Assembly (NCBI GenBank): GCA_044228585.1 | Contig: JBGAUP010000001.1 | Span: forward strand, 5,855-69,854 | Source: Runella sp. | GTDB taxonomy: Bacteria; Bacteroidota; Bacteroidia; Cytophagales; Spirosomataceae | Direction: 5' to 3' | Length of the DNA: 64,000 nucleotides | Shown: positions 1-9,391 of the stretch, piece by piece | Position numbering within the stretch: position 1 is the first letter of the stretch | How the letters are laid out: every line of letters begins with the position of its first letter | Notes under the pieces: generated by a model | The model's database searches: none | What the model saw: only the letters and a program-made list of their open reading frames with translations | What the model was told of the DNA's origin: nothing | Position numbers and translations under genes: made by a program

Positions 1-67
1 CAGCCGTAGAAAAACGACCTTGAATGGCGGTAATAAATAACTGAAACGTGGAAAAGAGATTTCCCAA

Positions 68-475
68 TTACGCTTTTTTGAGCTTTGATGCTTCGTATAA
101 GCCATTCCCAAACACCAATAGCAGGATAATAGGCATCAGCAAGGCCCCTGTTTTGAAGCCTGCCCCCGTCAGGGCGTATGTGCCAGAAGAAAATTTAAAA
201 TAAGTATTGATGAGCAGCCCCGCAGCAGATAAGGTCAACAAACCCAGTACCAAAAGTGCCGTTTGTTTGTTTTTGTTTTGCAAAAATAAGGTAATCCCCA
301 CGGCTATGAGTGTAGTGATGCCTACCGTCGCTAATGCCCGTGGAAAGGTTTTAATCATGTCGTAGTTGTACATCAAGACCCCCAATTTTCCCAATAAGTT
401 GGGGTGTGCCAATAACCAAGCATCGGCTAAGACTAATACGGCCAGAATGAGATAGAAAGAAAGGTTTGATTTCAT
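68..475 (-). CDS. small polytopic membrane protein, function unknown
   Basis: ORF 68..514. The likely start is the internal ATG at 475 (MKSNLSFYLILAVLVL...). Several hydrophobic helices; no family recognised. Confidence 0.55.
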   Translation of the reverse strand: MKSNLSFYLILAVLVLADAWLLAHPNLLGKLGVLMYNYDMIKTFPRALATVGITTLIAVGITLFLQNKNKQTALLVLGLLTLSAAGLLINTYFKFSSGTYALTGAGFKTGALLMPIILLLVFGNGLYEASKLKKA

Positions 476-528
476 GTTGATTTTGTAAGGGTCAAGTACG
501 TATATTGGGGGCAAATATACTCCATTTT

Positions 529-1179
529 ATGCAAGAACATCATCTAAAAGTAGAACGCACAGCGCGGTATTTTACTTTGGGGAAACTCAATGAAAATACA
601 AAAAAAATATGGTTTGTCCTCCACGGTTACGGCCAATTAGCACAGTTTTTTATTAAAAAATTTGAGATACTCAACGATGGACAAACCTTCGTTGTAGCTC
701 CCGAAGCGCTTTCTCGGTTTTATTTGGAAGGAGTTACAGGACGCGTGGGTGCTTCGTGGATGACCCGCGAGGAACGAAACCACGAAATCGCCGACTACGT
801 GGCCTATCTGAATCAGCTCTACGATACCGTTTTGGAAGGGCAAGATGTTTCGGCCATAGAAATCAACGTATTAGGGTTTTCGCAGGGCAATGCTACGGTA
901 TTGAGGTGGCTCAATAACAATCACGTTCGTTGCGATAGATTGGTGATTTGGGCGGGCTTTTTTGCCAACGGCATAGCCGATGTCATTGACCCAATTAAAT
1001 TGGCTAACGTTCCAACAATATTGGCTTATGGCACGCAAGACGAGTATTTGGTACAAATAGATTTAGAGAAATACGAAACGGACATTCGAGCCGCTATTCC
1101 TCATTTGCAGGTCGTGACTTTTGAAGGAAAACATACGGTAGATGGTGTTACCTTAAAGCAAATTGCCGACTCAAAGTAG
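529..1179 (+). CDS. alpha/beta hydrolase (phospholipase/carboxylesterase-type esterase)
   Basis: ORF 505..1179; the likely ATG is at 529. VLHGYGQ oxyanion-type motif and GFSQG nucleophile elbow (G-x-S-x-G). Size about 215 aa. Confidence 0.7.
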   Translation: MQEHHLKVERTARYFTLGKLNENTKKIWFVLHGYGQLAQFFIKKFEILNDGQTFVVAPEALSRFYLEGVTGRVGASWMTREERNHEIADYVAYLNQLYDTVLEGQDVSAIEINVLGFSQGNATVLRWLNNNHVRCDRLVIWAGFFANGIADVIDPIKLANVPTILAYGTQDEYLVQIDLEKYETDIRAAIPHLQVVTFEGKHTVDGVTLKQIADSK

Positions 1180-1190
1180 CGTACTTATAA

Positions 1191-1230
1191 CCCCAGATGG
1201 AACGGATTTTGACATCCGTTCCATCTGGGG
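1191..1230. terminator. perfect 17-bp stem hairpin between convergent genes
   Basis: ccccagatggaacggat (1191-1207) and atccgttccatctgggg (1214-1230) are exact reverse complements with a 6-nt loop. It lies between the stops of two convergent CDS. No clear U-tract. Confidence 0.65.
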
Positions 1231-1239
1231 GGTAGAGTG

Positions 1240-2385
1240 TCAAGAAAATAAACGCTCAATGGTCTTTTCCGAATACCCTCCCGTGGAGGTCATGCCTTTC
1301 CCTCCGATACCCGTAATAATCCGAATGTTTTCGTCCACGTCGTGTTCATAAATTTCGTCGGAAGTTTGGCTATAAAAACCCGACCAACTGCTTTGTATTT
1401 TTTCAACTGGGAAAGTGACAATGCGTTTGGCTTCGTCAATGATTAACTGATTGATGTAATCGTTGTTGTGATACCCTAAATCGTCGGTGTTTCTTGCCCC
1501 CGCATACTCGTGTGAATCTCCTACAACAATTGACCCATCAATAGCTTGTTTAAATAATACATGAATCCCCCACTTTTTGAGCTCTTCGTAGTGCGCTGGT
1601 GTAGTAAGATTTGCGTAAGAAGGCATCTGTTGGAACGATTCATAGCGCCGAATCGTCAAACCTGTCAAAATATTACCTTTCATCAAAAGGTTGGGAAAAG
1701 GTACTGTTTGCATCATTTGTAATTTGCTCACTATCAGCCCACTTTCGGCAAACAATTCGGGGTACAGCATCCGAAACTCGTGTCCGTTACAAACCAATAC
1801 TTTTTCGGCTTCAAACTGCTGACGATTGGTGAGGCGCACGTTTACTTTGCCGTTGGTGGTTTGGCATTCCATCACATTGGCATTATGGAGGTACGTCACC
1901 CCGACTTGTTCAGAACAATAACCGAGTAGTCGTTGCATCAACAGAGGAGAGTCCACCGTTAATTCTTGTGGGAAATAAATTGCTCCTACAGGATACTCTT
2001 TTTGCAAATAAGGGTATTTTTCAAGACAAGCTTCCCGACTCAATAACTCGCACGCGTAGCCCACCTTTTGGTAATAATCGTACAATTCATTGGCCAACTG
2101 CCACTCATCGGCATCGGAGGCGATATAGACCGAGCCATTGTTGCGAACCGTCAAATCTACTTTACTTTGAAGTTCTTGATACAACTCCAGACTCCGTTGG
2201 CCATAATTGAACCATCTTCCTGCTAAACCAGAAGGCACCACTTGTCCAAAATTTCGGACGGTAGCCCCCATGGGGAAATTATCTTTCTCTAACAACAAAA
2301 CCGATTTGTTGCGTTTTGCGGCGTGGTAAGCATGAAATGTCCCCATGATACCCCCACCGACTACAATCAGGTCAAATTTTTGCAT
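1240..2385 (-). CDS. FAD-dependent oxidoreductase, phosphonate-associated clade (TIGR03364-like, recalled from memory)
   Basis: N-terminal Rossmann motif DLIVVGGGIMGTFHAY...LLLEKD, DAO-family length (381 aa), and adjacency to a PhnX-like HAD hydrolase. Confidence 0.75.
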   Translation of the reverse strand: MQKFDLIVVGGGIMGTFHAYHAAKRNKSVLLLEKDNFPMGATVRNFGQVVPSGLAGRWFNYGQRSLELYQELQSKVDLTVRNNGSVYIASDADEWQLANELYDYYQKVGYACELLSREACLEKYPYLQKEYPVGAIYFPQELTVDSPLLMQRLLGYCSEQVGVTYLHNANVMECQTTNGKVNVRLTNRQQFEAEKVLVCNGHEFRMLYPELFAESGLIVSKLQMMQTVPFPNLLMKGNILTGLTIRRYESFQQMPSYANLTTPAHYEELKKWGIHVLFKQAIDGSIVVGDSHEYAGARNTDDLGYHNNDYINQLIIDEAKRIVTFPVEKIQSSWSGFYSQTSDEIYEHDVDENIRIITGIGGKGMTSTGGYSEKTIERLFS

Positions 2386-2461
2386 AAATCAATGAGTTAA
2401 ATACCCGTTTTTCGTATTCTGATATAGTTCACGTAACCCTACCTAAAATCAGAATAACCCC

Positions 2462-3145
2462 TCAAATTACGCCCAACAATTCCGTCAAATTCTCAAAAAT
2501 ATGCGTAGGGTTAGCAGTGGCGAGTTGGGCGCGGGTTTGGGCTCCCGTGAGTACGCCCGCCACGAGTCCACAGCCTGCATTGTGGCCTTCTTCAAGGTCA
2601 ATGGCCGAATCACCGATTTTGGCAACGGCTTTGGGGTCAGGTACACCCGCCAAACGCATGGCTTCCAAAATCATGTCGGGGTGCGGGCGGCCTTGTGTTA
2701 CATCGGAGGCTGTCACGAGGGTATCTACGGTCTGGGGGATAGTCCATCCTAACTGATCCATGAGTAGGTTTGCTACTTCTCGCGAATAGCCCGTATTGAG
2801 AGCTATCTTGATGTTTTGAGCGCGTAAGGCTTCAAACACAGCCTCGGCATCAGGCATGGCGCGGGCGATACCACTGGCGTAAACAGCATCTAACTTTTGC
2901 TTAAAATCTTTATGCACAAACCCCACTACAGTATCGGATGGGGCATTGCTATTTAGGTGCGTAATCACATCTTTAATGGCCTGAAATTTTTCTTTACCTG
3001 CCGCGATTTCCAATACCAATTCTAAAGAGCAGTCATAGCCCGCTTCATTGAGAGCTTGGTGAATGGCCTTGTACACGGCATTTTGCTCGTCTATGGTCGT
3101 TCCTGCCATATCAAAGACCACCAATTTTATCTGATTATGTTCCAT
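2462..3145 (-). CDS. phosphonatase-like HAD hydrolase (PhnX-like, TIGR03351-like)
   Basis: HAD motif I VVFDMAGTT, motif III/IV region KIGDSAIDLEEGHNAG, 227 aa. Co-oriented with and 76 nt upstream of the FAD oxidoreductase. Confidence 0.7.
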   Translation of the reverse strand: MEHNQIKLVVFDMAGTTIDEQNAVYKAIHQALNEAGYDCSLELVLEIAAGKEKFQAIKDVITHLNSNAPSDTVVGFVHKDFKQKLDAVYASGIARAMPDAEAVFEALRAQNIKIALNTGYSREVANLLMDQLGWTIPQTVDTLVTASDVTQGRPHPDMILEAMRLAGVPDPKAVAKIGDSAIDLEEGHNAGCGLVAGVLTGAQTRAQLATANPTHIFENLTELLGVI

Positions 3146-3561
3146 TTGTTCTACGAGACTAATTGAAAAGCAAAAGTATAACTTTACTAAATTAGTTTGT
3201 TTGATTTTATATTAAAGTTTAGTAAAACTTTACATTTTATCGAAATAAATCCTCTTGAAATAGGCAAATATTAATGATAAAAAAATATTATTAGCTGATT
3301 AATAGGATATAATAAGACAAACAGAGTAGTAAACTTCCATAGATATGGAATATTGACAATGTTTAGTTACTGTAAAAAAAACTTAACAAAGTATTTACTA
3401 TAAATTAACTATTTATTATTTTTACTAAACTTATTTTACATTATTTCTGATGGATTCTAAAATAATTATTTTCCTCATAGGTTAAAATGTGAACAATAAA
3501 GCGGAGGAGTTTTCTTTCGCTTTATCCTTTTAAAACACGTCCACCCTAACCTTTCTAAAAT
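3146..3561. promoter_or_regulatory. 416-bp very AT-rich divergent intergenic region with repeated TTTAGTAAA/TTTACTAAA motif
   Basis: Motif copies at about 3183-3193, 3215-3230 (palindromic aagtttagtaaaactt), 3325-3336, 3361-3370 and 3419-3432. There is also a 7-bp inverted repeat ttccata-ga-tatggaa at 3335-3350. Confidence 0.4.
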
Positions 3562-6248
3562 ATGCTTTCTTCTATTTTTCTTACTTTAGTTTTTTTTCCG
3601 TTCCTACTTACAGCCCAAGTTCGTACTGTCAAAACACTGCAAGTACCCAGCCGAACGGAGTTTTGTAAAATAGATACTACGGGTGGCTACTCTGTGCTGC
3701 CCAGCGGACGGCGTGTCACCCCTGCGGGTACGGTGGTACGCATCACCAACGACCCCTTCGGACTGGCCGTTAGTCCCAATGGACAACACATAGTAGCACT
3801 TCACAGTGGTGTGCTATCGCTGATACCCGCCGAAAAACCTTCACAAGTTGTCAGAATCCCCAGTTATGACAAACAAATCCCCGACCCGCTACAAGGAGCT
3901 TCGTTTTTGGGCGCGGTTTTCTCCTCAGATTCCAAAAAGGTCTATTTGAGTGGTGGAGATAAAGGCACTGTCGTGGTTTTTGACGTAGAAAAACAAATAA
4001 AAACCACCGAAGTATCATTGAATCATCCTGTTGATGGGCAAAATTTTGAAGAAAGTTTTACTTCCGACATTCTCCTAAATCCAACCAAAAACGAATTACT
4101 CGCCCTCGACCGCGCCCATTTTCGCTTGGTCAGGATTGATTTAAACACTCAAAAAATTACGGCTTCTATTCCCGTAGGTCGTCAGCCCTTTGGGCTTACG
4201 CTGAGTCCTGATAACAAATATGCTTTTGTAGCCAATGTGGGTTTGTACGAATACCCGCTTGTGCCGGGCGTTACGCCCAAAAACAAAGATACCCTCATGC
4301 TCAAATTTCCCCCTTACGGAACATTTACTAAAGAATCAGTTGAAGGCGTAGAAGTAGAGGGCCGTAAAATCCCAGGATTGGGAAGCCCACTCGCCCCCGA
4401 GGCCATGAGCGTATGGATGATTGACTTGAGTAACAACAAAGTCGCGGGCAAATTTAAAACGGGCCACCAAATTGGAGAAATGATAGAAGAAGCCGAAGTG
4501 GTGGGTGGTGCGAGTCCCAATTCGGTGGTGGTAAGCAAACAATTTGCCTATGTTTCCAATGCCACCAACGACAATATATCGGTGATAGATTATAAAACAC
4601 GCAAAATCGTTGGACATATTCCGCTCAAAGTTCATCCCCAGCATTGACAAATACCAGGCTTAATGCCTTCGGGATGTCCTCACTAAATATTTGCGCAAAC
4701 GCTCTACGTAGCTTTATTGGGTTTCAACGCAGTGGCTGTGGTGGACTTGCCTACGCGCCGCGTCAAAGGATTGATACCTACGGGCTGGGGGCCTACCAAG
4801 GTCAAACTTTCGCCCGATGAAAAACATTTGTACGTGGTATCAGCACGGGGTTTGGGTGCGGGCCAAAATGGAGGGGCAGGCTTTGTAAAACCTGCACGCG
4901 GTACGTATATTGGTGATATTCAGATGGGAACATTTCAGAAAATAGCCGTTCCAAACTCGTTTGAATTACAGAACTTTACCAAACAAGTGTTAAACAATAC
5001 CTTTGAAACACTTGCCATCACGGACGACGGCAAGAATCCATTGCCTGCGTTGCCCAACTTACGCAAGAGTCCTATTAAGTACATTGTATATGTGACCAAA
5101 GAAAACCGCACCTACGACGAAGTATTGGGACAACTTTCTAATGGAGATGCCTCCCTTGCTCGGTATGGCACTAACGTAACTATTACGACCAAAATATTGA
5201 TGTGATGCCCAATCACCAGCGTATCGCCAAACAGTTTGCGTATTCTGATAATTTTTACTGTGATTCTGATGCTTCTATTCATGGACATCATTGGATGATG
5301 GGCGTGATTCCTAATGAATGGGTGGAAGCTAATTCCAACCATTCCAGTACTTTTAACGCTTTCTCAAAAGCCCCAGGCCGACGTTTCCCTAAGGCAACGG
5401 GTGCTATTGACCCCGAAGATTACAATGAAATTGGGGGGCTGTGGGAAGCTTTGGAGCGTAAAAAAATTCCGTTTTATAATTTTGGGGAAGGCAACGAGTT
5501 TGCAGGTGTGGCCGAAGAATGGAACCATTTCGAGTTTGGAGCGCGGCAGCCCGTAGTTTTTCCGTTACAAAAAGCCGTTTTTGACCGTACTTCACGTAAC
5601 TACGCTGGTTTTGACATGAACATTCCCGATTGGCTTCGTATGGACCAATTTGAAAAAGAGTTTACGGAGAAATGGCTGACCCCCAAAAAAGAAGTTCCCC
5701 GTTTGATTGCTCTTCAACTTCCCAACGATCATGGCGCGGGTGTTCGCCCCGAAGCGGGCTATCCGTATCCTCATTCTTTTATGGCTGACAATGATATTTC
5801 GCTGGGACGATTGCTACAATTTCTTTCGCATACGCCTTACTGGAAAAATATGCTTGTGGTGATTACAGAAGACGACCCCCAAGGCGGCGTTGACCACATA
5901 GATGCGCACCGCTCAGTATTGATGATGGCAGGGCCGTACGTTAAGCGCGGACACGTCTCGCATACCCACGCCAATTTTGGCTCTATTTTGAAAGTAATTT
6001 ACAATACATTGGGCGTACCCTACGTCAATCAGTACGATGCGACGGCTTCGTTGTTACAAGATTTTTTCACGGACAAACCCGATTTTACGCCTTACCAGTA
6101 CGTTATCCCAGATACCCAGGTTTTTGATGTGAACAAGGCCATGGATATCTACAAAAAAATGTATAATTGGAAAACGACTCAACCCAGCCCCAAAATGGAT
6201 GACCCCAACGAACAACGAAAAGAACATTATAGACAACAGAACAATTAA
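3562..6248 (+). pseudogene. secreted beta-propeller (YVTN/YncE-like) fused to phosphoesterase (phospholipase C / AcpA family), disrupted
   Basis: Three same-strand ORFs (3562-4647, 4717-5205, 5202-6248) read as one protein. It has a signal peptide, propeller-blade motifs (LSPDNKYAFVANVG, FAYVSNATNDNISVID, LSPDEKHLYVVSARG), then phosphoesterase motifs (VTKENRTYDEVLG, DSDASIHGHHW, ITEDDPQGGVDHIDAHRS). The first two ORFs are in the SAME frame, separated by in-frame TGA (4645-4647) and TAA (4684-4686). The third is offset by one nt at the A4 run 5191-5194. Confidence 0.65.
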
Positions 6249-6249
6249 A

Positions 6250-6813
6250 ATGGCCTTTACTAATCCCATCACCGAAATCCGCCAATTGTTTGAATCACAG
6301 GGTGATGACCAATACTATGGCGAAGACGTAAGTCAGCTCGAACACGCTGCCCAAGGGGCTGATTTGGCGCTTAAAGGGGGCTTTGACAAAGAAATACAGG
6401 CCGCTGCTTTTTTGCACGACATTGGGCATTTGATGCCCGCGGGCATGGAGGAAGAATTAATGGAAGTGTATGGCCGTAAGGACCACGAAGAAATTGCCGC
6501 CGATTGGCTTCGTGAGCGTGGGTTTCCCGAAAAAGTGTGCATTCTGGTGGCCAATCACGTCAATGCCAAGCGGTACTTGACCTTTAAAAATCCCAAGTAT
6601 TTTGCGGGCTTATCCGACGCCAGTCGCAAAACTTTGGAGTTTCAAGGTGGACCCATGCAGGCCGACGAAGCTGCCACTTTTGAGCAAAATCCTTATTTTG
6701 AGCTTATTATTCAGATGCGTCGTTGGGATGAAGCTGCCAAGGTGACGGGGTTGCCTAAGCCTGATTTGGAGAAATATTTGGCGTTGTGCCAGGAGGTGTT
6801 GGAGGGCAAGTAA
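6250..6813 (+). CDS. HD-domain protein, PhnZ-like (phosphonate-operon-associated HD oxygenase family, TIGR03276-like)
   Basis: ORF 6199..6813, with the likely ATG at 6250, directly after the upstream stop. Motifs: YYGEDVSQLEHAAQ, FLHDIGH, NHVNAKRYL, LSDASRKTLEFQGGPM. These match my memory of PhnZ. Confidence 0.7.
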   Translation: MAFTNPITEIRQLFESQGDDQYYGEDVSQLEHAAQGADLALKGGFDKEIQAAAFLHDIGHLMPAGMEEELMEVYGRKDHEEIAADWLRERGFPEKVCILVANHVNAKRYLTFKNPKYFAGLSDASRKTLEFQGGPMQADEAATFEQNPYFELIIQMRRWDEAAKVTGLPKPDLEKYLALCQEVLEGK

Positions 6814-6823
6814 CCATTACAAC

Positions 6824-9388
6824 CTAAAAGTAAATCTTCCGTTTCACCCATTTTTCCAGCTCAACGGCGTGAAATACAACCATTGATAGACCGATACAGA
6901 TGCCAAGTTCTTGTAAACTCAAAGGGGCGGTTTTGAATATATCATTCATAAAAGGCACATAAACAACCCCCATTTGAAGGGAGAAAGTGAGCAAAATAGA
7001 GCCTAATAAGGGTAAATTGCTAAAAATCCCTTGTTTGAAAAGGAAGGTTCTATCGCTTCTTACACCGAGAACATGCCCCAATTGCGACAACGACAGTACC
7101 GTAAAGACCATGGTTTGCCAGTGGGCTAAGTTGTTTTGTAAAGCCCATGCTTGCGTACCAAGTGTCACACCTGCCATCAATAGACCCACCCAAACGATGT
7201 GATAACCTACCCCATCAGCAAAGAGGCTTTCATCGGTGGGTCTTGGTGGTCTTTTCATTACATCTTTTTCGGCCTTTTCGTTGGCCAAAGCCAAGGCGGG
7301 TAGGCCGTCGGTAACGAGATTTATCCATAAAATATGTATTGGAAGCAAAGGAATCGGCATACCGAGCAGCGGCGCGAGAAAAATTGTCCAAATTTCGGCA
7401 CCGTTGCAAGTCATAATGTACTTGACAAACTTACGGATATTGTCGAAGATTCTTCTTCCCTCCCTTACCGCTTTGACAATGGTGGCAAAATTGTCGTCTA
7501 ACAAGATTAAGTGCGCGGCTTCTTTGCTTACATCGGTGCCGTTGATTCCCATCGCTACCCCAATATTGGCAGCTTTAAGCGAAGGGGCATCATTGACCCC
7601 ATCGCCCGTCATGGCGGCAAAATGTCCTTTTTTCTGTAAAGTTCGTACAATGCGCAACTTTTGGTCGGGCGATACCCGCGCGTAAACCACCGTTTGTTCA
7701 ACTTGTTTTAGGAAAGTTTCTTCGTCTATGTGTTGCAATTCTGCCCCTGTCATGACCAAGCCAGTATCGTCTAAAATTCCAATTTCTCGTGCAATCGCTC
7801 TGGCAGTGGCGGGGTGGTCGCCCGTAATCATCACTGGTTTGATGCCAGCGGTTTTACATTCATGGATGGCGTGTTTGACTTCCTCGCGGGCGGGGTCCAT
7901 CAAGCCTACTACTCCCGCAAATTTCAAATTTTTCTCAACCGTATCGTAATTAAACGGTTCGGGCAAGTGATCTAAGACTTGATAGGCATAGGCCAACACC
8001 CGAACGCCTTTGTTGGCCCATTCGTCAGAAAGTATTTTGAGGGTTTCTACCTCCTGTTTGTCTGCTAAAATGGCACTGACGGATTCGCTGGCACCTTTGG
8101 TGATAATTAAAAAACTTTGACCAAAATGATGCACGGTAGTCATACATTTTCGGTCGGAGTCAAACGGCAATTCGGCTACTCTTTCATGTTGGGCGGTTAT
8201 TTGCTGATATTGTTCAAAAGAAAGGGTTTGGACGCTTTTTTCGACCAATGCCAATTCGGTAGATTCGCCAAAAGGCTCCTTATTTTCGTTGAATTTTATG
8301 TCGTGGTTGAGTGCGATGCTCAATTGTAACAAAGACAACGCTGTCTCATTTTTTGAGGTGGTGTTGTCCATCATCTCGACCACCTTCATTTTGTTTTGGG
8401 TCAGAGTACCTGTTTTATCGCTGCAAATAAAGGTAACAGAGCCGAGCGTTTCTACGGCAGGTAATTTTCGGATGAGCGCGTTTTTGGTGGCCAACCGCGC
8501 CGCTCCCCTTGAAAGCGCAATGGTAATGAGTGCTGGTAAGGCTTCTGGAATAGCGGCTACGGCCAAACTGATAGAAAGTAACAAAATTTTGAAGGGGTCT
8601 TCTCCACGTAAAACCCCCGTTACAAATAAGATGGCACAAATCAACAAGATGATGTAAGATAAGTTTTTGCCAAATTTTTCCATGCGTTCTTGCAGAGGGG
8701 TAGCTACTTCTTTTTCTTGCAGCATCCCCGCAATTTTACCCAACTCGGTAGTCATCCCCGTGGCTACTACTACACCTTTAGCGCGGCCATTGGTTACCAA
8801 AGTACCCTTAAAAGTCATGTTGAATTGGTCGCCAAGGGGGATGCTGCTGTCGGGCAAAGCAGCGGTAGATTTGTCAACGGGAATAGACTCGCCCGTGAGC
8901 GACGACTCATCAATCCGCAAAGAGTGGGTTTCTATTAACCGAATATCGGCTGGAACGACGTTGCCTGCCTCGATGACGACGATGTCTCCTGGTACCAAGC
9001 CAGTAGAAGTAATAATGGAGGGCTTCCCCTCTCGGATGACGTGGGCTTGGGTGACAGTCATTTTTTTGAGGGCATCCATGGCTTTTTCGGCTCGGTACTC
9101 TTGGATGAAACCTACAATGGCATTCAACAAAATAATGACGAGGATGATGATAGTGTCGGTCAAATCGCCCATGATACCCGATAACACGGCGGCTGCCGCC
9201 AATATCAATATCATAAAGTCTTTGAACTGGTGCAAAAAAAGCAACCACGCGGGTATTTTCTTTTTCTCTTGCAGTTCGTTGTAGCCGTGTTGGCTTAGTC
9301 GTCGTTGTACTTCTGCCGAAGACAATCCTTCAACAGAGGTGTGAAGTTTAGAAAAAATGCTGGAGATAGATTGGTGGTAGGCGTGCAT
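6824..9388 (-). CDS. cation-translocating P-type ATPase (type II, probably Ca2+)
   Basis: DKTGTLT phosphorylation motif, TGES, MITGDHP, TGDGVNDAPSLK, an N-terminal cation_ATPase_N-like segment. 854 aa. Confidence 0.9.
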   Translation of the reverse strand: MHAYHQSISSIFSKLHTSVEGLSSAEVQRRLSQHGYNELQEKKKIPAWLLFLHQFKDFMILILAAAAVLSGIMGDLTDTIIILVIILLNAIVGFIQEYRAEKAMDALKKMTVTQAHVIREGKPSIITSTGLVPGDIVVIEAGNVVPADIRLIETHSLRIDESSLTGESIPVDKSTAALPDSSIPLGDQFNMTFKGTLVTNGRAKGVVVATGMTTELGKIAGMLQEKEVATPLQERMEKFGKNLSYIILLICAILFVTGVLRGEDPFKILLLSISLAVAAIPEALPALITIALSRGAARLATKNALIRKLPAVETLGSVTFICSDKTGTLTQNKMKVVEMMDNTTSKNETALSLLQLSIALNHDIKFNENKEPFGESTELALVEKSVQTLSFEQYQQITAQHERVAELPFDSDRKCMTTVHHFGQSFLIITKGASESVSAILADKQEVETLKILSDEWANKGVRVLAYAYQVLDHLPEPFNYDTVEKNLKFAGVVGLMDPAREEVKHAIHECKTAGIKPVMITGDHPATARAIAREIGILDDTGLVMTGAELQHIDEETFLKQVEQTVVYARVSPDQKLRIVRTLQKKGHFAAMTGDGVNDAPSLKAANIGVAMGINGTDVSKEAAHLILLDDNFATIVKAVREGRRIFDNIRKFVKYIMTCNGAEIWTIFLAPLLGMPIPLLPIHILWINLVTDGLPALALANEKAEKDVMKRPPRPTDESLFADGVGYHIVWVGLLMAGVTLGTQAWALQNNLAHWQTMVFTVLSLSQLGHVLGVRSDRTFLFKQGIFSNLPLLGSILLTFSLQMGVVYVPFMNDIFKTAPLSLQELGICIGLSMVVFHAVELEKWVKRKIYF

Positions 9389-9391
9389 TTT

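Noticed and set aside
1163-1351. A 62-aa plus-strand ORF between the esterase and the FAD oxidoreductase.
   Set aside because: Its middle is the translation of the perfect 17-bp hairpin and its end overlaps the FAD gene. It is most likely a terminator, not a gene.
4645-4647. The possibility that the in-frame TGA is decoded (selenocysteine or an alternative genetic code).
   Set aside because: TGA clearly terminates other genes in this window, for example at 13606 and 48056 in their native frames. No SECIS-like context was recognised, and a TAA stop follows 39 nt later.
6987-9284. Many long plus-strand ORFs (up to 205 aa) overlapping the P-type ATPase gene.
   Set aside because: They are antisense shadow ORFs of a well-supported 854-aa gene. 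Their translations are low-complexity with no motifs.
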